Assembly (NCBI RefSeq): GCF_009914755.1
Contig: NC_060925.1
Length of the DNA stretch: 64,000 bases
Source: the human T2T-CHM13v2.0 reference genome, Homo sapiens
Strand: one strand, 5' to 3'
This document shows, piece after piece, positions 33,611 through 49,950 of the stretch; the first letter of the stretch is position 1, and each line of letters begins with the position of its first letter. A program made the translations under genes and the position numbers. The notes under the pieces were generated by a model that saw only the letters and a program-made list of their open reading frames with translations, had not been told where the DNA came from and made no database searches.

Positions 33611-34362
33611 TGTGGTAGATCATATTAATAGCCATCCCCAGTGAATCAAACTAGTTTGGGTCCATAGGCCTTTGCAATGTGATACTCCTGCCATTAAGAA
33701 GTAGAGCCTATTTCCCCAACTCTTGAATCTGGGTTGGCAAAGTGGCTTGCCTTGACTGGCAGAATATGATATAAATGCTACTGTATGAGTTCCAGAGACT
33801 AGCTTTGAGAGGCCTTGCATTTCTGCTCTTGCCTTATTAGCATCCCAAGACAACCATGCTGTGAAGAAGTCGGTGTACCCCACTGGAGAAGGAAAGGCTG
33901 TTCAGGGAAGTGAAGATGCCCCAGCTGACAGTCACCACCTGCCAGACATGTGAGCAAGGCTGTCTGAGACCTTCAGTCTCAGTCAAGCCATCAGAAAGTT
34001 GCAGCCAGTTGAGTGATCCCAAGTGAGACCAGCAGCGATAATGCCCAGTTTGCCAAAACAGAATTGTGAGAAATAATAAATCATTGTTGTTTTAAGCCAG
34101 GTGTGGGCAGACATTTTCTTAAAGGACCAGACAGTGTTTTAGGCTTGTGGGTCATATCATCTCTGGCACAGGTACTCAACTCTACCCTGTAACACAGAGC
34201 AGACACAGACCATGTGTAAATGCATGAGTGTCACTGTGTGGCTATAAATCTTTACTTATAAAAACTGACTGTTGGCCCATGGGCTGTAGTTTGCTGCTGA
34301 CCCCTGTTTTAAGTCACTAAGTTTTGGGATGGTTTGTCACATAACAAAAGGTAACCAAAACA
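33611..34362 (+). mobile_element. MLT1 (ERVL-MaLR) solo LTR
   Basis: tgtggtaga start; cagaattgtgagaaataataaatcattgttgttttaag...cactaagttttgggatggtttgt...aaaca end. Confidence 0.8.
34098..34306 (+). mobile_element. MER58A-type hAT element inserted in the MLT1
   Basis: Termini caggtgtgggcagac ... tttgctgctgacccctg with an 8-bp TSD ttttaag(c/t). Confidence 0.8.
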
Positions 34363-35164
34363 GTCTCAAGGAAAGAACCAAGCTGCTAGCAAACTATCTC
34401 TACCGATAATTTTTCAGGTTACTATTTAGTAATAGTAACAATTATAACAGCCAACATATTTAAAGGGCATTACATGTTACAAAATAGTTTCACATGAATT
34501 ATTTCATTTATGAAGTCGCTGCAATCAGTGAAATAGACATAAGTGATTATTAAGTCCATTTTACTGATGAATAAGTAAAGATTCAGAAAGTTTGCTTGAC
34601 CAAGATCACATTGCTAAAAAGTGGCAGAACCAATCCCATCTTTTCTCCATCTGTCTTTCTTAGCAGTATGCTACTACTGTGTTATTTTAGCAATTAAAGG
34701 GATTGCAATAGGTCTGAGAGTGGGGAAAACAGGTAAAGAGGCAGAGACTCAATCACTCCATTAACCAATGGAAGCATTGCTTTGGGAGAACCTAGTGGAG
34801 TCTAAGCTGTAATTAACCCTATGCTTGCTTTTGAGAAGTAACATTGTTAAAGAATGAGAAAGCAAAGCCTCTGTCAAACAAAGTACACAGAGGACCTCAT
34901 GTTGGGGCAGGGTTGGAGTTACAGACAGGTAGAAAACATAGAAAGCTACATACTTTCTTGGCTGACAGAAGGAAATAATGAACTTTTATTATGGAACTAT
35001 TTTTTAAATAAGAAGACAGTCATGGCAAAGCATTAAGCGCTACAGACAGTGTCAGGGCAAGTAAGAGCAAAACAGGTACTGGGTGACTGCCTGGCTGAGG
35101 AAAAGTTAACTAGACACTTGGGGAAAGGAGATCCAAGGGAGTAAGAGGCAAAATGCCTTTGCAT

Positions 35165-35415
35165 GCTTTTCTTCCTATCTCTTTTTCTTTCTCTCCTTCT
35201 CACTCTCTCCCTTCCTTCCTTTCTTCCTTTCTCTTTCTTTTTTTTTTCTCTTTTCCCCCACCTCTCTGCCTGCCTCCTTCCTTCCCTCCCCTCCCCTCCC
35301 TTCCCCCTCCCTCCCTCCCTCCCTCCCTCCCTTCCTTCCTTCCTTCCTTCCTTCCTTCCTTCCTTCCTTCCCTCCCTCCTCTCTCCCTCCTTCCCTGCCT
35401 TCTTTCCTTCGTTCT
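35165..35415. repeat. Polypyrimidine/polypurine tract including (CCCT)n and (CTTC)10
   Basis: Read directly; explains the spurious low-complexity ORFs at 35033-35524. Confidence 0.95.
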
Positions 35416-36526
35416 GCCAACTTGCCAGAAGGAGCCCAAGAAAAAGCACCCAGATGCTTCAGTCAACTTCTTAGAATTCTTCTTTTTTTTATGTTCAGAA
35501 AAGATGGAAATTCATTTCTGCTAAAGAGAAAGAAAAAATTGGAAGACAGGGTGAAGGTGAACAGGCCCATTATAAGAAAGAAACAAAAATCTATATTCTG
35601 TCTACAAGGAAACGAGAGAGAGAAAGAGAGAGAAGAAAGAAGTTCCAGGATTCTAATGTACCAAAGGGATCTCCTTTTTCTTGTTTTGTTCTGAAAATTT
35701 CACCAAAAGAGCACAGGAGAACATCTTGGCTAATTCATTGGCGATGATGTAAGAAAACTGAGAGAAATGAAAGAAATGAAGAATTACTGCTGCAGATAAT
35801 ATACAGCCTTGAGGAAAGAAAGGCTTTTAAGATTATAGATATAAAGGCTATTGCTGTATTCTGGGATAAAAGAAAGTCTGATGCAGGGAAAGGGGAAGTT
35901 GGAAAAACTGGAAAAAGAAAAAAGAAGAAAAGAAAAAAAGGACTGGAAAGACATTGGTGAATAGAAAGATGAAAAGGGTGAAGAAAAAAATGATGATGGT
36001 CAATAGGGTGGTTTTAAAAGAGGCTTTTGTTTTATTAATTTGTTTTTGTGTGAGTGTGTGTGTATGTGTTTGTTTTTTGCCTAAAAGTATTTAACTCCGC
36101 ATTACACCACTGATTTCAAAGAAAAAAAGCTGAAATGTAAGATCATATGATTTGTTTTTAAACTGAACACTGTATACTGTCTTTTTATTTTTGCAAAATT
36201 AATGTAGTATCCAGTGTGTCTTTAGATAACCCTGTCCTTAATGATATTTTCAATAGCCACTAACCTTGCCTGGTACTGTTTCGGGGTTTAAACTAGAACA
36301 GAAATTTAAGGCAGGCTTTATTAGTGCATAGTACAAATCAATTACATATATATGGAGATATTATTTTTCCCTCTTCAATTGTTTTTCGTGCAGCTTACCC
36401 AATATAATTGTTCTGTTAGTTGTACACTACTCTGTGATAGCAAATAATAATAATAAAATAATTATGATGATATTGCCCCTGTTTTGGTGATATTCTGAAT
36501 GTTTATACGTAAATGCAAAATTTTTA

Positions 36527-36889
<363 letters not shown>

Positions 36890-36959
36890 TTAAATATACT
36901 ACTAAGGGGAAGATAATCTGATAAAACAGAATAACAATACATTACAGTTAGATTGGTGG

Positions 36960-37165
36960 ATATGATAGAAAGAGCAATGCCTTGAGGCTTGGATTTGAAT
37001 CCTGACCACTTGCTAATTGTGGGAATTTAGGCAAATCTCTTAATTTTGCTGATATATTGCCTCTGTAAAACAGGGGTAATAATATCTGCTTTATAGAACT
37101 GTTATATGGATTAAATAAAATAATAAAAGCACCTTGCCACATGTATTATATGTAGTAAGCATTTT
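36960..37165 (+). mobile_element. MIR
   Basis: ggatttgaatcctgaccacttgcta...ggcaaatctcttaa...ctctgtaaaacagggg. Confidence 0.7.
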
Positions 37166-37637
37166 ATCCATTCCCCTCACATTTTTGCCCTAGTCCTTCA
37201 ATTTTTGCCTCAAAATGTAGAATATTGACATTTAAAATGTTGAGCACAGTAACCCTTGGAATTTGTGGATTTAACACACATTTCAAATACTAATTTTAAG
37301 TGACTCTGAAATTCTTAACTTATTCAAATTAAAAACTTTTTTCCAAATTGTGCATATAAACAATCTGTGCTTCCAGGCTGTTATGAAAAAGGCAAAGAAC
37401 TTAGCAAGGAAGTAAAACCCTCAGGTCGAGAACAAGTTTTGTGGAAAATAGACCCCAAAAGAATGTTATCTTCCCTTTGGTTTTGCAATTCAGGTAGATC
37501 TCTGGCTAATGTTAGTGTAGTAATAATTGTGCTGTTGTTAGGAATACATTAATAGTGACAATAGATAAGATACAGAGTGCTTATTCCTTGATAGCCTCTG
37601 TACTAAAAGCTTTTCTCAATCTCACCTATGAGATTAA

Positions 37638-37975
<338 letters not shown>

Positions 37976-38332
37976 TATTATACCCATTTTAATGGTGTAT
38001 TAAGATAAAGATTTCATTTTAGTAACATAATTTATTTTAATCATTGTACAAGTGAGTTTAGCCTTGCAATTACAGAATCGTTAAAAGTATGAAGAATTCA
38101 CATAAGTATCTGTAATGATTTACTGTACTATGCTGCTTCTCAGTACATAGAATTATAGCTAGCTTATAATTCTCGTGTGAAATTGCTACAGTAGTATGTG
38201 CAAATTTGGAAATTCACAAAAGTTTGAAGATATTGCCATGATGAATTTAAAGAGGCCATAATTCAAGAGAATTAAGATCAATAGAAAACCAAGAATTGGC
38301 CAAGTGCCAATTTCTCTCACACACTTTGGAAA

Positions 38333-38599
<267 letters not shown>

Positions 38600-38629
38600 T
38601 TAACAAGGCAAGGCCCACAGCATCCTTAC

Positions 38630-38685
38630 CTGCTGTGTGACTCGTTCTGGGTACCATCTCCCCATCATCCTCTGCAAAATAATCT
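38630..38685 (-). CDS. PDE4DIP: Internal coding exon, 56 nt: (R)DYFAEDDGEMVPRTSHTA(A)
   Basis: Acceptor tttgcctccacag|A GAT TAT and donor GCA G|gtaagg. Phase 2 in and phase 1 out match the flanking exons. Confidence 0.92.
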
Positions 38686-38779
38686 CTGTGGAGGCAAACA
38701 CATCATTAATTAATGAGATACTACCCCACAAGGCTCCCATCCCAGGGATCGAGGAGAAGACACCTACCTATTTGTCATT

Positions 38780-40050
38780 TCTATTTATCTCTCTGCAAGT
38801 ATTTACTAAGCTTCTATTATGTATCAGGGACCGTGTCAAGTGCTAGGGATACAAAGGCAAACACCACAGAAGAGTTCCTATTCTCAATAAGTACATGAGA
38901 GCCAGCCATTAAATAATTTCACAAGAATTAACTACTATTGTAGTAAATGTTGTGAAGGAAAATGCAGAGGGAACTTAACTAGCACAGGGACTCAGAGAAA
39001 CTCAGGGAAAGGAACATTTAAACGTAGATGGGAGGATGTCAACCAGGTGTAGAATGGGAGAATGGGAGTGGAAGAGTGTTCCATCATGAGAGAACAGCAA
39101 AGGCCCTGAGTCAGAAAGGACTCTGGCCTGTTAGAGGAACAAAGAAAGCCAATGTTGCAACCAGGCCACGCAGGACCTTGTGGTATGGGGTAAGGCCACT
39201 GAGTCTAATGTGAAAAGCTACGGGAAATCAATGAAGGATTTTAAATTAAGGAAAGAATGGCAATGATCAGATTTATATTTTAGATAGGTCATTCCAGCTG
39301 CATTCTGGCTCTACACAGTGAGACTGTGGAGGGGCAAAAATGGATGGTGAGAATCTATATTCCAAATAGGAAGTTGTGATGGTTTAACAAAGGGGAAATT
39401 TTAAAAATTTAAGATATGTTTAGAAAGTAGAATTGACACAGAAACCTTGAAAAACAGACAAAGTTTATGAGTGGAAATGTTAATAACACCATGATTCAGT
39501 AGCAAGAGGTGTATCTGTTCAGCATAGTAAATACCACCATCCCTAGCAGAGAGGGGACAGTATCTCAAAATGTATTCAACAAATACTTCTCAAGCCCATG
39601 CTCGACAAGTGCTTTTAGGCACTGTTGTAAGCTCCACAAATGTAGCAGTGAGCAAAACAGACAAAAATCCCTGCACTCATGGAATTTTTACAGTAAGGGG
39701 AGACAAATAAATTGTATAGTAGCAGTTGGGAACAAGTGCTATAAAAAAAAGGAAAGTGGGGAATGTGGATAGGGAGAGCTGGAGGTAGGAGGAGGTAGAG
39801 GGGATTGCAATTTTCAGTAGACAAGGCTGCTCTATGAAGCCATAAGGACAGGCATGGGGGTCTCTAGGGAAAGAGTCTTCTAAGCAGAGAACATAAAATG
39901 CAAAGGCCCATAAGAGGGAGCATGCTAGTTAGTGGCTGGGTGCAGTGAGCACGTGGTGAGCAGTAGGAGGTGAGGTCAGGGAAGTAATGGGAAGACTGGG
40001 CAGGGGGCGCAGACTGTTTGAAGCCTTTCAAGACATGGAGAGGCATTTAG
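38780..40050 (-). mobile_element. L2 fragments
   Basis: aagtatttactaagc...tgctagggataca; ttcaacaaatactt...cagacaaaaatccctgcactcatgg. Confidence 0.6.
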
Positions 40051-40276
40051 CCACTAGAGTCTTGTGAATCAAAAAGAAAGACGGACTCAGTGACTAATGT
40101 TTTAAAGGGGGACTGTCTACTGTCTTGACAACTGACTGTCTGATGGGGATGTCAGAAACAGATGATTTCAATAACCCTACAGAAAGATGCTTTCAATAGG
40201 TAGCTTATTCTTTAAACTCTTGGGGGCTCCCAAGAATTCTGTAAACAGAGATGTAGAGGACTTCTCTCTTTCTCTC

Positions 40277-40575
40277 TTTTTTTTTTTTTTTTTGAGACAG
40301 AGTTTTGCTTTTGTTGCCCAGGCTGGAGTGCATGGCACGATCTCGGCTCACCACAACCTCCGCCTCCCAGGTTCAAGCGATTCTCCTGCCCCAGCCTCCC
40401 CAGTAGCTGGGATTACAGGTGCCTGCCACCATGCCCGGCTAATTTTGTATTTTTAGTAGAGGCGGGGTTTCTCCGTGTTGGTCAGGCTGGTCTCGAACTC
40501 CTGACCTCAGGTGATCCGCCCGCCTCGGCCTCCCAAAGTGCAGAGGTTACAGGCATGAGCCACTGCGCCCAGCCT
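40277..40575 (-). mobile_element. AluSp-like
   Basis: ggtttctccgtgttggtcagg diagnostic; TSD aggacttctct. Confidence 0.93.
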
Positions 40576-42079
40576 ACAGGACTTCTCTTTTTAAAAGCCA
40601 GAAGATATTCACAGGGAGGCAGAGGAGGACCTGGCATTTGCTTGGAAATTGGTGGTTTTTTCTTCCCTGCCTCAGGGCTGGATCTTGGCAGAAATCTTCA
40701 CTTTGTTAAGTCCCAGATGGACATGAAAATACCAGACAGGGCACATCGGGCTACACATGCCACCTGACAATTATTTCGTATCCAAAAGTAGATCACCAGC
40801 TTGTGATTCTTCCAGGCCCCCTGCCTCTTTCCCTTCTCCTCCTTAAAAGCTTTCCCTGAGAGTAAACAATGCCAAAGAGGAATGTACTACGTATGCACTC
40901 CCCTCTGTGGAGGTAAAATAGGAGAAGGATGTCAAAACCATCAACCAGAACAATGTCTTAAAAAAATCTGTGGGGAAAAAATTTATACTTAGCTGCTGCT
41001 ATTCACTGAGCATTTCTGCCTAGTCCACAGACAAAGGTGGCTGCATCTGCTGTCAGGAGCAAGGTCAACCCTCAGGCCAAATTCAGCCCATCCGACATGT
41101 TTTATTTAGCCCACACAAGTTTGACCCACTTCTAACTGCTCTTGGGAAATGAGTGGGTCTGCCAACACTGGGCCTGCCTTCCCACACAGCGGGAGAACTT
41201 GCCCCCTTTACACAGGACAGGGATGTGTTTTCCAGTTTGCCACAGTCCCTGCCACTCCCTGTCCTTGTCGTCCCTCATTCACTTAATTATGATACTTGCC
41301 TGGCATCTTGCAGGTTTCTGATGCTGTTACCCCAGTATAGACCAAGTGCAGACAGAATTTCATTTCTGCTTTATTAAGGCACAGTCTTGAGAAACCCATT
41401 GGCTTCACACACAATTAATTAATTTGTGGCAACAAGCTACTATATTGGCTTGCATGTCACTTTCACCTCTCTGGGCATTAGTTTTCTCTAATATTTATAA
41501 AAGAAGGACATGACTTTCTAAGGTTCCTTGCAGTAATTATGCAGTTCTATTCTAATAGATGCTTAAGCATAAAACCCATTTTAATACTGTCCAAGGATCC
41601 AGGATACCTTCCAGACATGATCTCACTCAATCTTCTCTGCTCTGCAGATTGCACATTATAGGTCAAGAGCAAGCTACAACACAGCAATACATATCAGCCC
41701 TACCAGACACCTCACCCTTCCCGCATCACCCACACCCACTCTGAGCACACTGCCTGCCTGATATGAATCAATAACTGGAAGGATAGAGAGGTCACTTTAG
41801 ATGGGTACTGAGTTAATAAGCATACTCGCAGTGTCTCAGGAGATTTTTAAGAAATCACTTTAGCTCTATTAACAGCTCAAGTTCCCTCTCTTATTGCCAG
41901 AGAAAGGGGCTCACTCAGCTGCTCCACAAGTTACAAAGGAATCTGACGCTCCCCAAGGGAAGGGGCTCAGACTGAAGAAACACAGAGTATAAGTCTAAGG
42001 GGTTGCAATTTGTGACAACATTTGATAAACCAAAGTGCAAGGAGAATTGGGGTATGGTAGAGACAGACTCCAAGCATGG

Positions 42080-42096
42080 ACACACACACACACACA

Positions 42097-42137
<41 letters not shown>
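42080..42137. repeat. (CA)n microsatellite, once interrupted
   Basis: Read directly. Confidence 0.97.
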
Positions 42138-42138
<1 letters not shown>

Positions 42139-44261
42139 GTGGTAATATATGTTGGTACATTCTTTCGTATTACCCAAGTTCAGAAAAAAATTTTATATCC
42201 TTGTCCTAGTTTCTCAAATTCAAGTGTCTCTAGTTTTTTAAAATATCAATTCATGAATGACTCATGCTCAGCTAATATGTGGTTCACCAGGCCACTTTTA
42301 GCTCTCCTGCATTTCCATATATAATCTTTCTCCCATGATGCTTTCACTTAAAATTTTGCTTTTTCTGTATAAATGAACTATATTTTTCCTCAATGTCTTA
42401 CCTTGTCTTTCTCCCTACGTCATCAATCTGCTAATGACAATACCAATTCCACTAAAACCACATATATTAATATTCTCACCAGGACATTATTTTGCTTTCG
42501 GAAGTACCAAGCATTTTCCAAGTACAACCTACTCACAAGCTGTTCACCTGCTTGATTTCTGCATGGTATATCACTCATATTTTCTTGAGTTGCTGATAAG
42601 TAGCTATTAAGATATTAGACTCAAATAACACATCAACATTCAATATCCCATATTACTTGGTTTTTCTATGGCTTTCCAGGGTGATTAAGTTGAGAATGAT
42701 CAGGAAATAATTGCTTCTCTGAAGGCCATCTGCCACCCCCTGATATTCTGACATTCTCAAACTGTCCTGTGATGATTTCTTCCAGTAATTTTCTAAGAAT
42801 GGTAGTTTCATTTATGGCCAGGGTTATCCAAAACACTCAGTTTTGCTTTACTTGAAACTGGCCACTGATATAGCTCCTTTCAAGATTCAAGCATCTCATT
42901 GGTCCCACTAGTCTAGTTTCTCATAACATTGTGGGGAGGGGTAGACACTTGGGTTTCTTCTTGCTTAGGAGCCTGCAGAGAGAGATATTTTCTATAAGGC
43001 AGGTATAGACCTTCCTCCGTAAACTGTTATTTCTGGTATTATTTTCTTGTATTTTAGTCTGTCTAATTTGTGGACTGAGAGGAACAACAGATCATATGAA
43101 TGAATCATCTCATTCAAAAGCAATGACAAGATGGTAATCATCATTACAAAGCAGGTTCTATGAGTCTTTGAACAGTATGAGATATTTGTATTCTAGGACC
43201 AAAATCACCACTAAAACTATTTCTAAGGTACTGATGCCTGTCTAGGCTCCATACTTTCTTCTCTCCAGTCTCACCTACTAAAATAATTAACCTAAGGTTA
43301 TTTATTCCCATATGAGTGTCTAAACTCCCAAAGGAATGGTGATTTTCAGGCCCTCTCTTCAGGCCAATCACAGGTATTTAGTTTGTTCTGAGAACCACAT
43401 AGTCTGGCCCTCCTACTTCATCACTAACCACCACCCTTGCTTAACATTTCTAAGCCTGAAGACCAGGGCCATCTCCCAGAGGCGTTTTCTAGCTTTCAAG
43501 CTTCTTTATATATATATATATATATTTTATTATTATGAACAAAAATTCAGAAGGAGAAAAAACAATCTGCTATAGCAATACCTAGAGCGAAAACCTGGGC
43601 CTTCATTGCTATTTTTAGGGTTTTTATAATTCCATTTTGTAAACATTTATTGAGAAGTTGCTTATATGCCAGGTACTGGAAATACAAAGGTGAAAAAGTA
43701 TATATACCCTGTGGTTAAAGTACTCAGAATCTATTGAGGGAAGCAGGCACATGATTCAGAGAGATAATTATTAGAAAAATTAGATTTAACAGAGATTTCA
43801 GAACATAAATAAGATAGCAATTAATTTTGTCCTGGTGGGGAGTGGGCTGGGACAGGGTGGTTGGCGGAGGGGTCTAGGACATTTACAGAAAACAGATAAC
43901 ACTGAATCTAGGTCTTAAAGGATGGGTGTAAATACACAAGGAAACATAACAAAGACCCAATTATAGGAAAATGAACGGTGTGTTCAGGGGGCTTTCATTT
44001 TGTTTTCCCCTTCCCAACCACCCCGCTCCATCTTCCCCCCACCCTGAGGAGCCCTGAACTGCCTCCTAGGACATCTTCCAACTTCCTGTTTACCTTTCCC
44101 CCTCCTCAAGCCTTCCTCCCCAAGCGCTCACCCTCAGGTGGGAATATGAAGGGAAGCCAAGGGTGAAATTGTTTCTTCATTTGCACCTCCCTCCTCAAAC
44201 ACTATAGCTTAGAAGCCCCCAAAATGATTTAAAATAATGTCAGCAAGAAAGGGGCTAAGAT

Positions 44262-44569
<308 letters not shown>

Positions 44570-45339
44570 AAGAAAGGGGCTAAGATTTGCACTATTGTGA
44601 AAATACCCATAGAAACAAACTAGAAAAGAACCCAGAGAAATGAAAAGTCCGGAGGTTTAGAGTGGCGGAAAATATACTGAGCATCCTCCCCCTTTTTTTC
44701 TTACTATTTTTGCCAAAAGGCTAATTCTTATTTTTAAAAAGTTTGAATAATCTATTTTTATTGAATTTACATTGCTCTTCCTAATTAATGACCTTGATAA
44801 AAGATAACTATGGAAAGGATTCGGCTCGGTGTGGCCTCTCAAACAGTGAGGGGCGTGTGGCATGACAGCAAGACTGCTGAAGTTTGCTCTTTCTTGGGGT
44901 CCTCACAGGAGTAGGCATTGAACCAAATGCAGATTCTGTTCCAATTCCCATATTCTTGGAGCTCATTTAACATGAGTTGCTGGTTTCTGTTTCAAATGAA
45001 ATAAATTTTTCAAACGTTCCAAGATGCATTTTTCCTATTTTTAATTTACAGCTATATTCAACTGTGGCAAACACAAAAGGGTCAGAATGAGAAGAACTGT
45101 GGCCTATTTTTTAATATGGGAAGCTCTGGCCCTGACAGTTTATAAATGGTAAGATTTTAGAAATAGTGTCAACTTAAAAACAAAGACATCTACAGTTAAC
45201 AATTTCTGGACTGCTGGTGCATAATTTTATAATTCCACAGGTTTTCTTGCACTGGAATTTTCCTCAATACTAATCTTGTATTAAATGAACATATTATTAT
45301 CATGGACAACCATCACCACTCACCACCAATGCTGCCTCT

Positions 45340-45560
45340 GCAATTTACTGAATGCCTGATACTTTCTAGGCATCAGTTCATTCAGTCATCATAGAATCCT
45401 GTGAAGTACGTCATACAATCCCTGTTTACAGATGAGGAAACAAGGGGCCTGGAAGGATAAAGTAATTTGCCCAAGATCGCACAGCTAGTTGGTGTCAGAG
45501 CCTGAACTTGAAAACTGTCTATTTGACTCCAAACTTTTACTCTTCCCAATATGCCCTATT
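45340..45560 (-). mobile_element. MIR
   Basis: tttacagatgaggaaacaagg...aagtaatttgcccaagatcgcacagctag. Confidence 0.75.
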
Positions 45561-48500
45561 TCTAACCACACATTTACAGGGAACCTCCTTTGTACCTGCC
45601 TTGACTCCAGGGAACTCACCCCTGAGAAGCTGAGGCGAAAGGAAGGGTGGACGGTTTGCTGTGCTGATGAGATGGGATTTTTGTCTCAAACCCTGACACA
45701 AATTTGTTTCTTAGACTATCAACTTATCCCTGATGGGCACAGCTTACACTTGAGTATTTGAGTACTGGTGTAACAGATGCCATGTGACAAAATAATTAAA
45801 ATCCCAAAACGGAAGTGGCTAGTGTGACTTTTTATATAGGTCCTATCGTGAAAAGTGAGTCATCCATCATTTTATACTTCTCTATCTCTAACCCACTTTT
45901 TTCAGAATATTTACATCTTTCTCCAACCCCTCCCGTGATAACACTTGGCATTGTCCCTACCCAAGGGAATAAACTGAAACGCGGGAAAGGTGGTGGAAAC
46001 AGAAACAATCAAAGTGGAAAAGGCATTAGTGAACAAGCTCTGAGACTTCTCAGATGTGTTTTTTTCCTCTTGCCAAGGAGAGACACTGGATATATTTTCT
46101 ATGTTCCAAATGTTGCCAAATACCCTCCCACAATGTGGCACCCGAATTGTAAAAACACATATTCAAATGCAAATAGGGTAAAAGCCCCAGATGCAGAACG
46201 TTAAGACTATTATATAATACAGTGAAATTATCATTTTTTCTCATCTCAAGATCTATCATTATAACCTCTGCAAGTGAGGATGCTTAATTGGCAAAGCTCC
46301 CAGAGGAGAGAGAGCATCACGGTGAGCCTCCTTCTGCATGCTGACTAAGTGTGGGCTGACTTGGCACCGATACAGAAACATCCACTTTATTCCAGTATAG
46401 GCTGCAATTACACCCTTCACTCAAAGTCTATTCACTGACAGTGACCATCACTCTGAGAGGCTGTTTTCTGGAGTGCTAAGTCCCCAATAGCTACAGTGAG
46501 CTACAAAATCATCGTGCATCCACAACAATTTCTTTAAGTTTCGGGATCTTTGTTTTGTTTTGTTTTTGGTCCAGCACTAAGTCTTCATCCTAAAGAAAAT
46601 AAGGAAACTAACATTACTTTCTTGATGCTATCCATCAAGGTTCAGAGAAACCCCTTAATAAGTAAGTAATTATTTTTCCTCACTTTACCTTCTGAGGTCA
46701 TCACATATCCAAATATCTAATAAATTTTCCTCTACCTCCCCTGCATCAGCCAAGACATAGGTATCACTCTTTCAAAAGAAGACATGAAAATAACCTGCTT
46801 TGGATTCAGTCACATTACCCCAGGGATGGTGTATGGTCTCTCCACCCACCTCTGAAACTTACCTTTTGCATTTTGCTTTTGGTCCTGGCAATGCACCCTA
46901 CAATCCTCAGTTTTCATTAACAACTAATATCCACAAGGCACTGGAGTATATTGCAGTTGGCTCAATCTTTCTAGAGCCCTAGACTGAATGTTAAGAAACA
47001 GGTGATTTTTTTCCCCTTTCCACCTACTTTTATATTCACATAATCTTTCAGTTTCTTTTCTTTACAATGTCTATTTTTGATGATTTTAAAAGAAGTACAT
47101 GCCTCGTAGAAATTTTGGAAAAGAGAAAAGTGTACAGAGAAAAATAAAAATAATCTTTAAAATTCTACCACCTGAAGGCAACATTGATAAAGATTTGTAT
47201 GTATTTAGTTGTTCTTCAGTTTATTTGCCTGTGTGAATTCTGCAAATGGAAATAATATTGAATGTAACAGTTCTGCATCTTGCTTTTATTTACACTACGG
47301 AAATCAAAGGTTGTGAGGAATATATTTTTAGAGGAAGAGAAAGAGTCAGGGAAGGAGGAGCAGGAGAAAGAGGCAGGTGGGAGGAGGAGGAGAATTTCTC
47401 AGCAGCATTATAGACCTGTTGAGGATTAGCAAGAATGAATCTAGAGTCTCTCTTCTCAGTGCGGTTTTATAACATACTAAAACAACACTCATAGAATCCT
47501 CTAGGATTTTAAAATAAAATTGACTAAGGGTTACCAAGCCGGGAGATGGTTAAGGCAGTTAGAGATTCTAAAGCAGCGTTGAGAACACGATTCAAAGAGC
47601 TGACTCTGACGTCTAGGTTCAGTATGGAGGTGAATAAACAGCAGATGGCCTGGAAGATACAGAGAGTTGAGGAACTGGAATACATGACGCAGTAAACAAC
47701 ATTCAGAAAGAATGAGGAAGTGGGGGACTTGACCTGTGGTCAAGAAGTATAATTTCAGCATTAAGGATCCTAAGGGTGGAAAATCTGGAAGAAAGATGAG
47801 CTACAAAAGATGGCTGTGCTGATAGCATACTGAAGTGAATTCGAGTTAAGGCTATGTCAGGTCAAGGTATAACAGTGATGTATGTCCATGCCTAGTGACC
47901 CCTCTAGAATGTCAGTCTCTGGAAGGGAGGGTTTTTAGATCATTCACTATCATCTGTCCAGCATTAAAGAAGTCTAGATCATAGGAATTGGATGCGTATT
48001 TCTTTTTTTTTTCTTTTCCCGTAACTGAGGAAACAAGACACATATTTCTTAAACAATGATAAATACAATCTGAATGTATAATGGTGTCAAGTTTGATAAC
48101 CTGTTGTATCCATTCTACAATAAGGAGACACCCACCAAACAGATATTCCCATCGGCCTTTTGGGGAATGTTCTCTGGAAAGCTCTTAATAGATGACCTTC
48201 TAAGTGCTAGAGGCAATGTTAGATGCTGAAGACTTATAGACAAAAACGTTTCATTCTGCCGATAAACTTGGAGTATGGAAAATATCAAGTTAACCAACTA
48301 GCTACATGCTACAACAGAGTAGGCAGAGCGTGTTCTGGCTACACCCAGATCTAGGTTCTAAAAATAATTCCTAAAGGAGGTACTTCTGAATCTAACCTCT
48401 GAAGGGTATACAAATTTATCCCAGCAAAGGCAAGGCTAGATGTGTAGGTGGGAACAACTGGTATATTAAGGCCCACTCATAATAATTTTAGCTCAGGGTA

Positions 48501-49404
48501 AATTAAGTCGCAATGACTCTCCAACCAGCTCCCCGGGTCTGCTGGCAATAATGCTGCTCCTGTGGTGCCAATAACCTGAAAATCTCCAAGTAATACAAGA
48601 AAGTTATACACAGAAAACCTCCAAGTGATACACAGAAAAACCTAAAACCAACTCAATTCCAAACTTTACATGTTGTCATTTGGTAGACACAAATGTGAAC
48701 TTCTTCCTGCAATAAAAACCTATGTTGACTTAGTTTAAAAGCAGCATATAAAGGATGTTGCCCATAATCCCCTAACCAAACAAGGCATCTATTTTCTCTT
48801 TTCTCTGTCCTTGTAATAGACATCCTAATAGGTATACATAGTTTTGATGTAATTTACATCTATCTTTTACTTTCTTATGTTAAAATTTTCTGTTTATTAT
48901 CATTTCAGGAAACGTTTCAGGATAGTAATAGAGATTAACAGCAACAGTGAAGCATTTTACCCTAGAGAAGGGTAAAAGTTGGAAATGTTGCTATTGATTC
49001 ACCTAGGTTATGCCACTTTAATGTCAGTGTGCCTCAGTTTCCCCCTTTACAATACAGGGATTCAGGTCTTGAAAAAGATATTTAAATTGAATGCAATATC
49101 TTTCTTATGGGACTATAACTTTAAGTAATTTGCAATGTACTTTCAAGAACTGGAAATGTTGACATAGTTATTCTACTTCTGAACATCTCTCATTCAAAAA
49201 ATAATGCTGTGGAAGAAGATGCTTTATGCACCTAGACATTTATCAAGTATTATTTATAATAGTTAAAAATTGGAAGTCTACATCCTTTGGGTTAGGCGTA
49301 ATGATTTAAAAGACACTGTAAATCCACAGCATGTTATTCTACATTATGAATGATAATATACCACATTATGAAGTGGAAAATAAATTCATTCTTAAATTGT
49401 GTGA

Positions 49405-49950
<546 letters not shown>

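Noticed and set aside
35033-35524. Long R/E/G/K-rich and S/L/P/F-rich ORFs on both strands
   Set aside because: Artefacts of the CT-rich simple repeat.
41915-42324. HT- and CV-repeat ORFs
   Set aside because: Translations of the (CA)n microsatellite.
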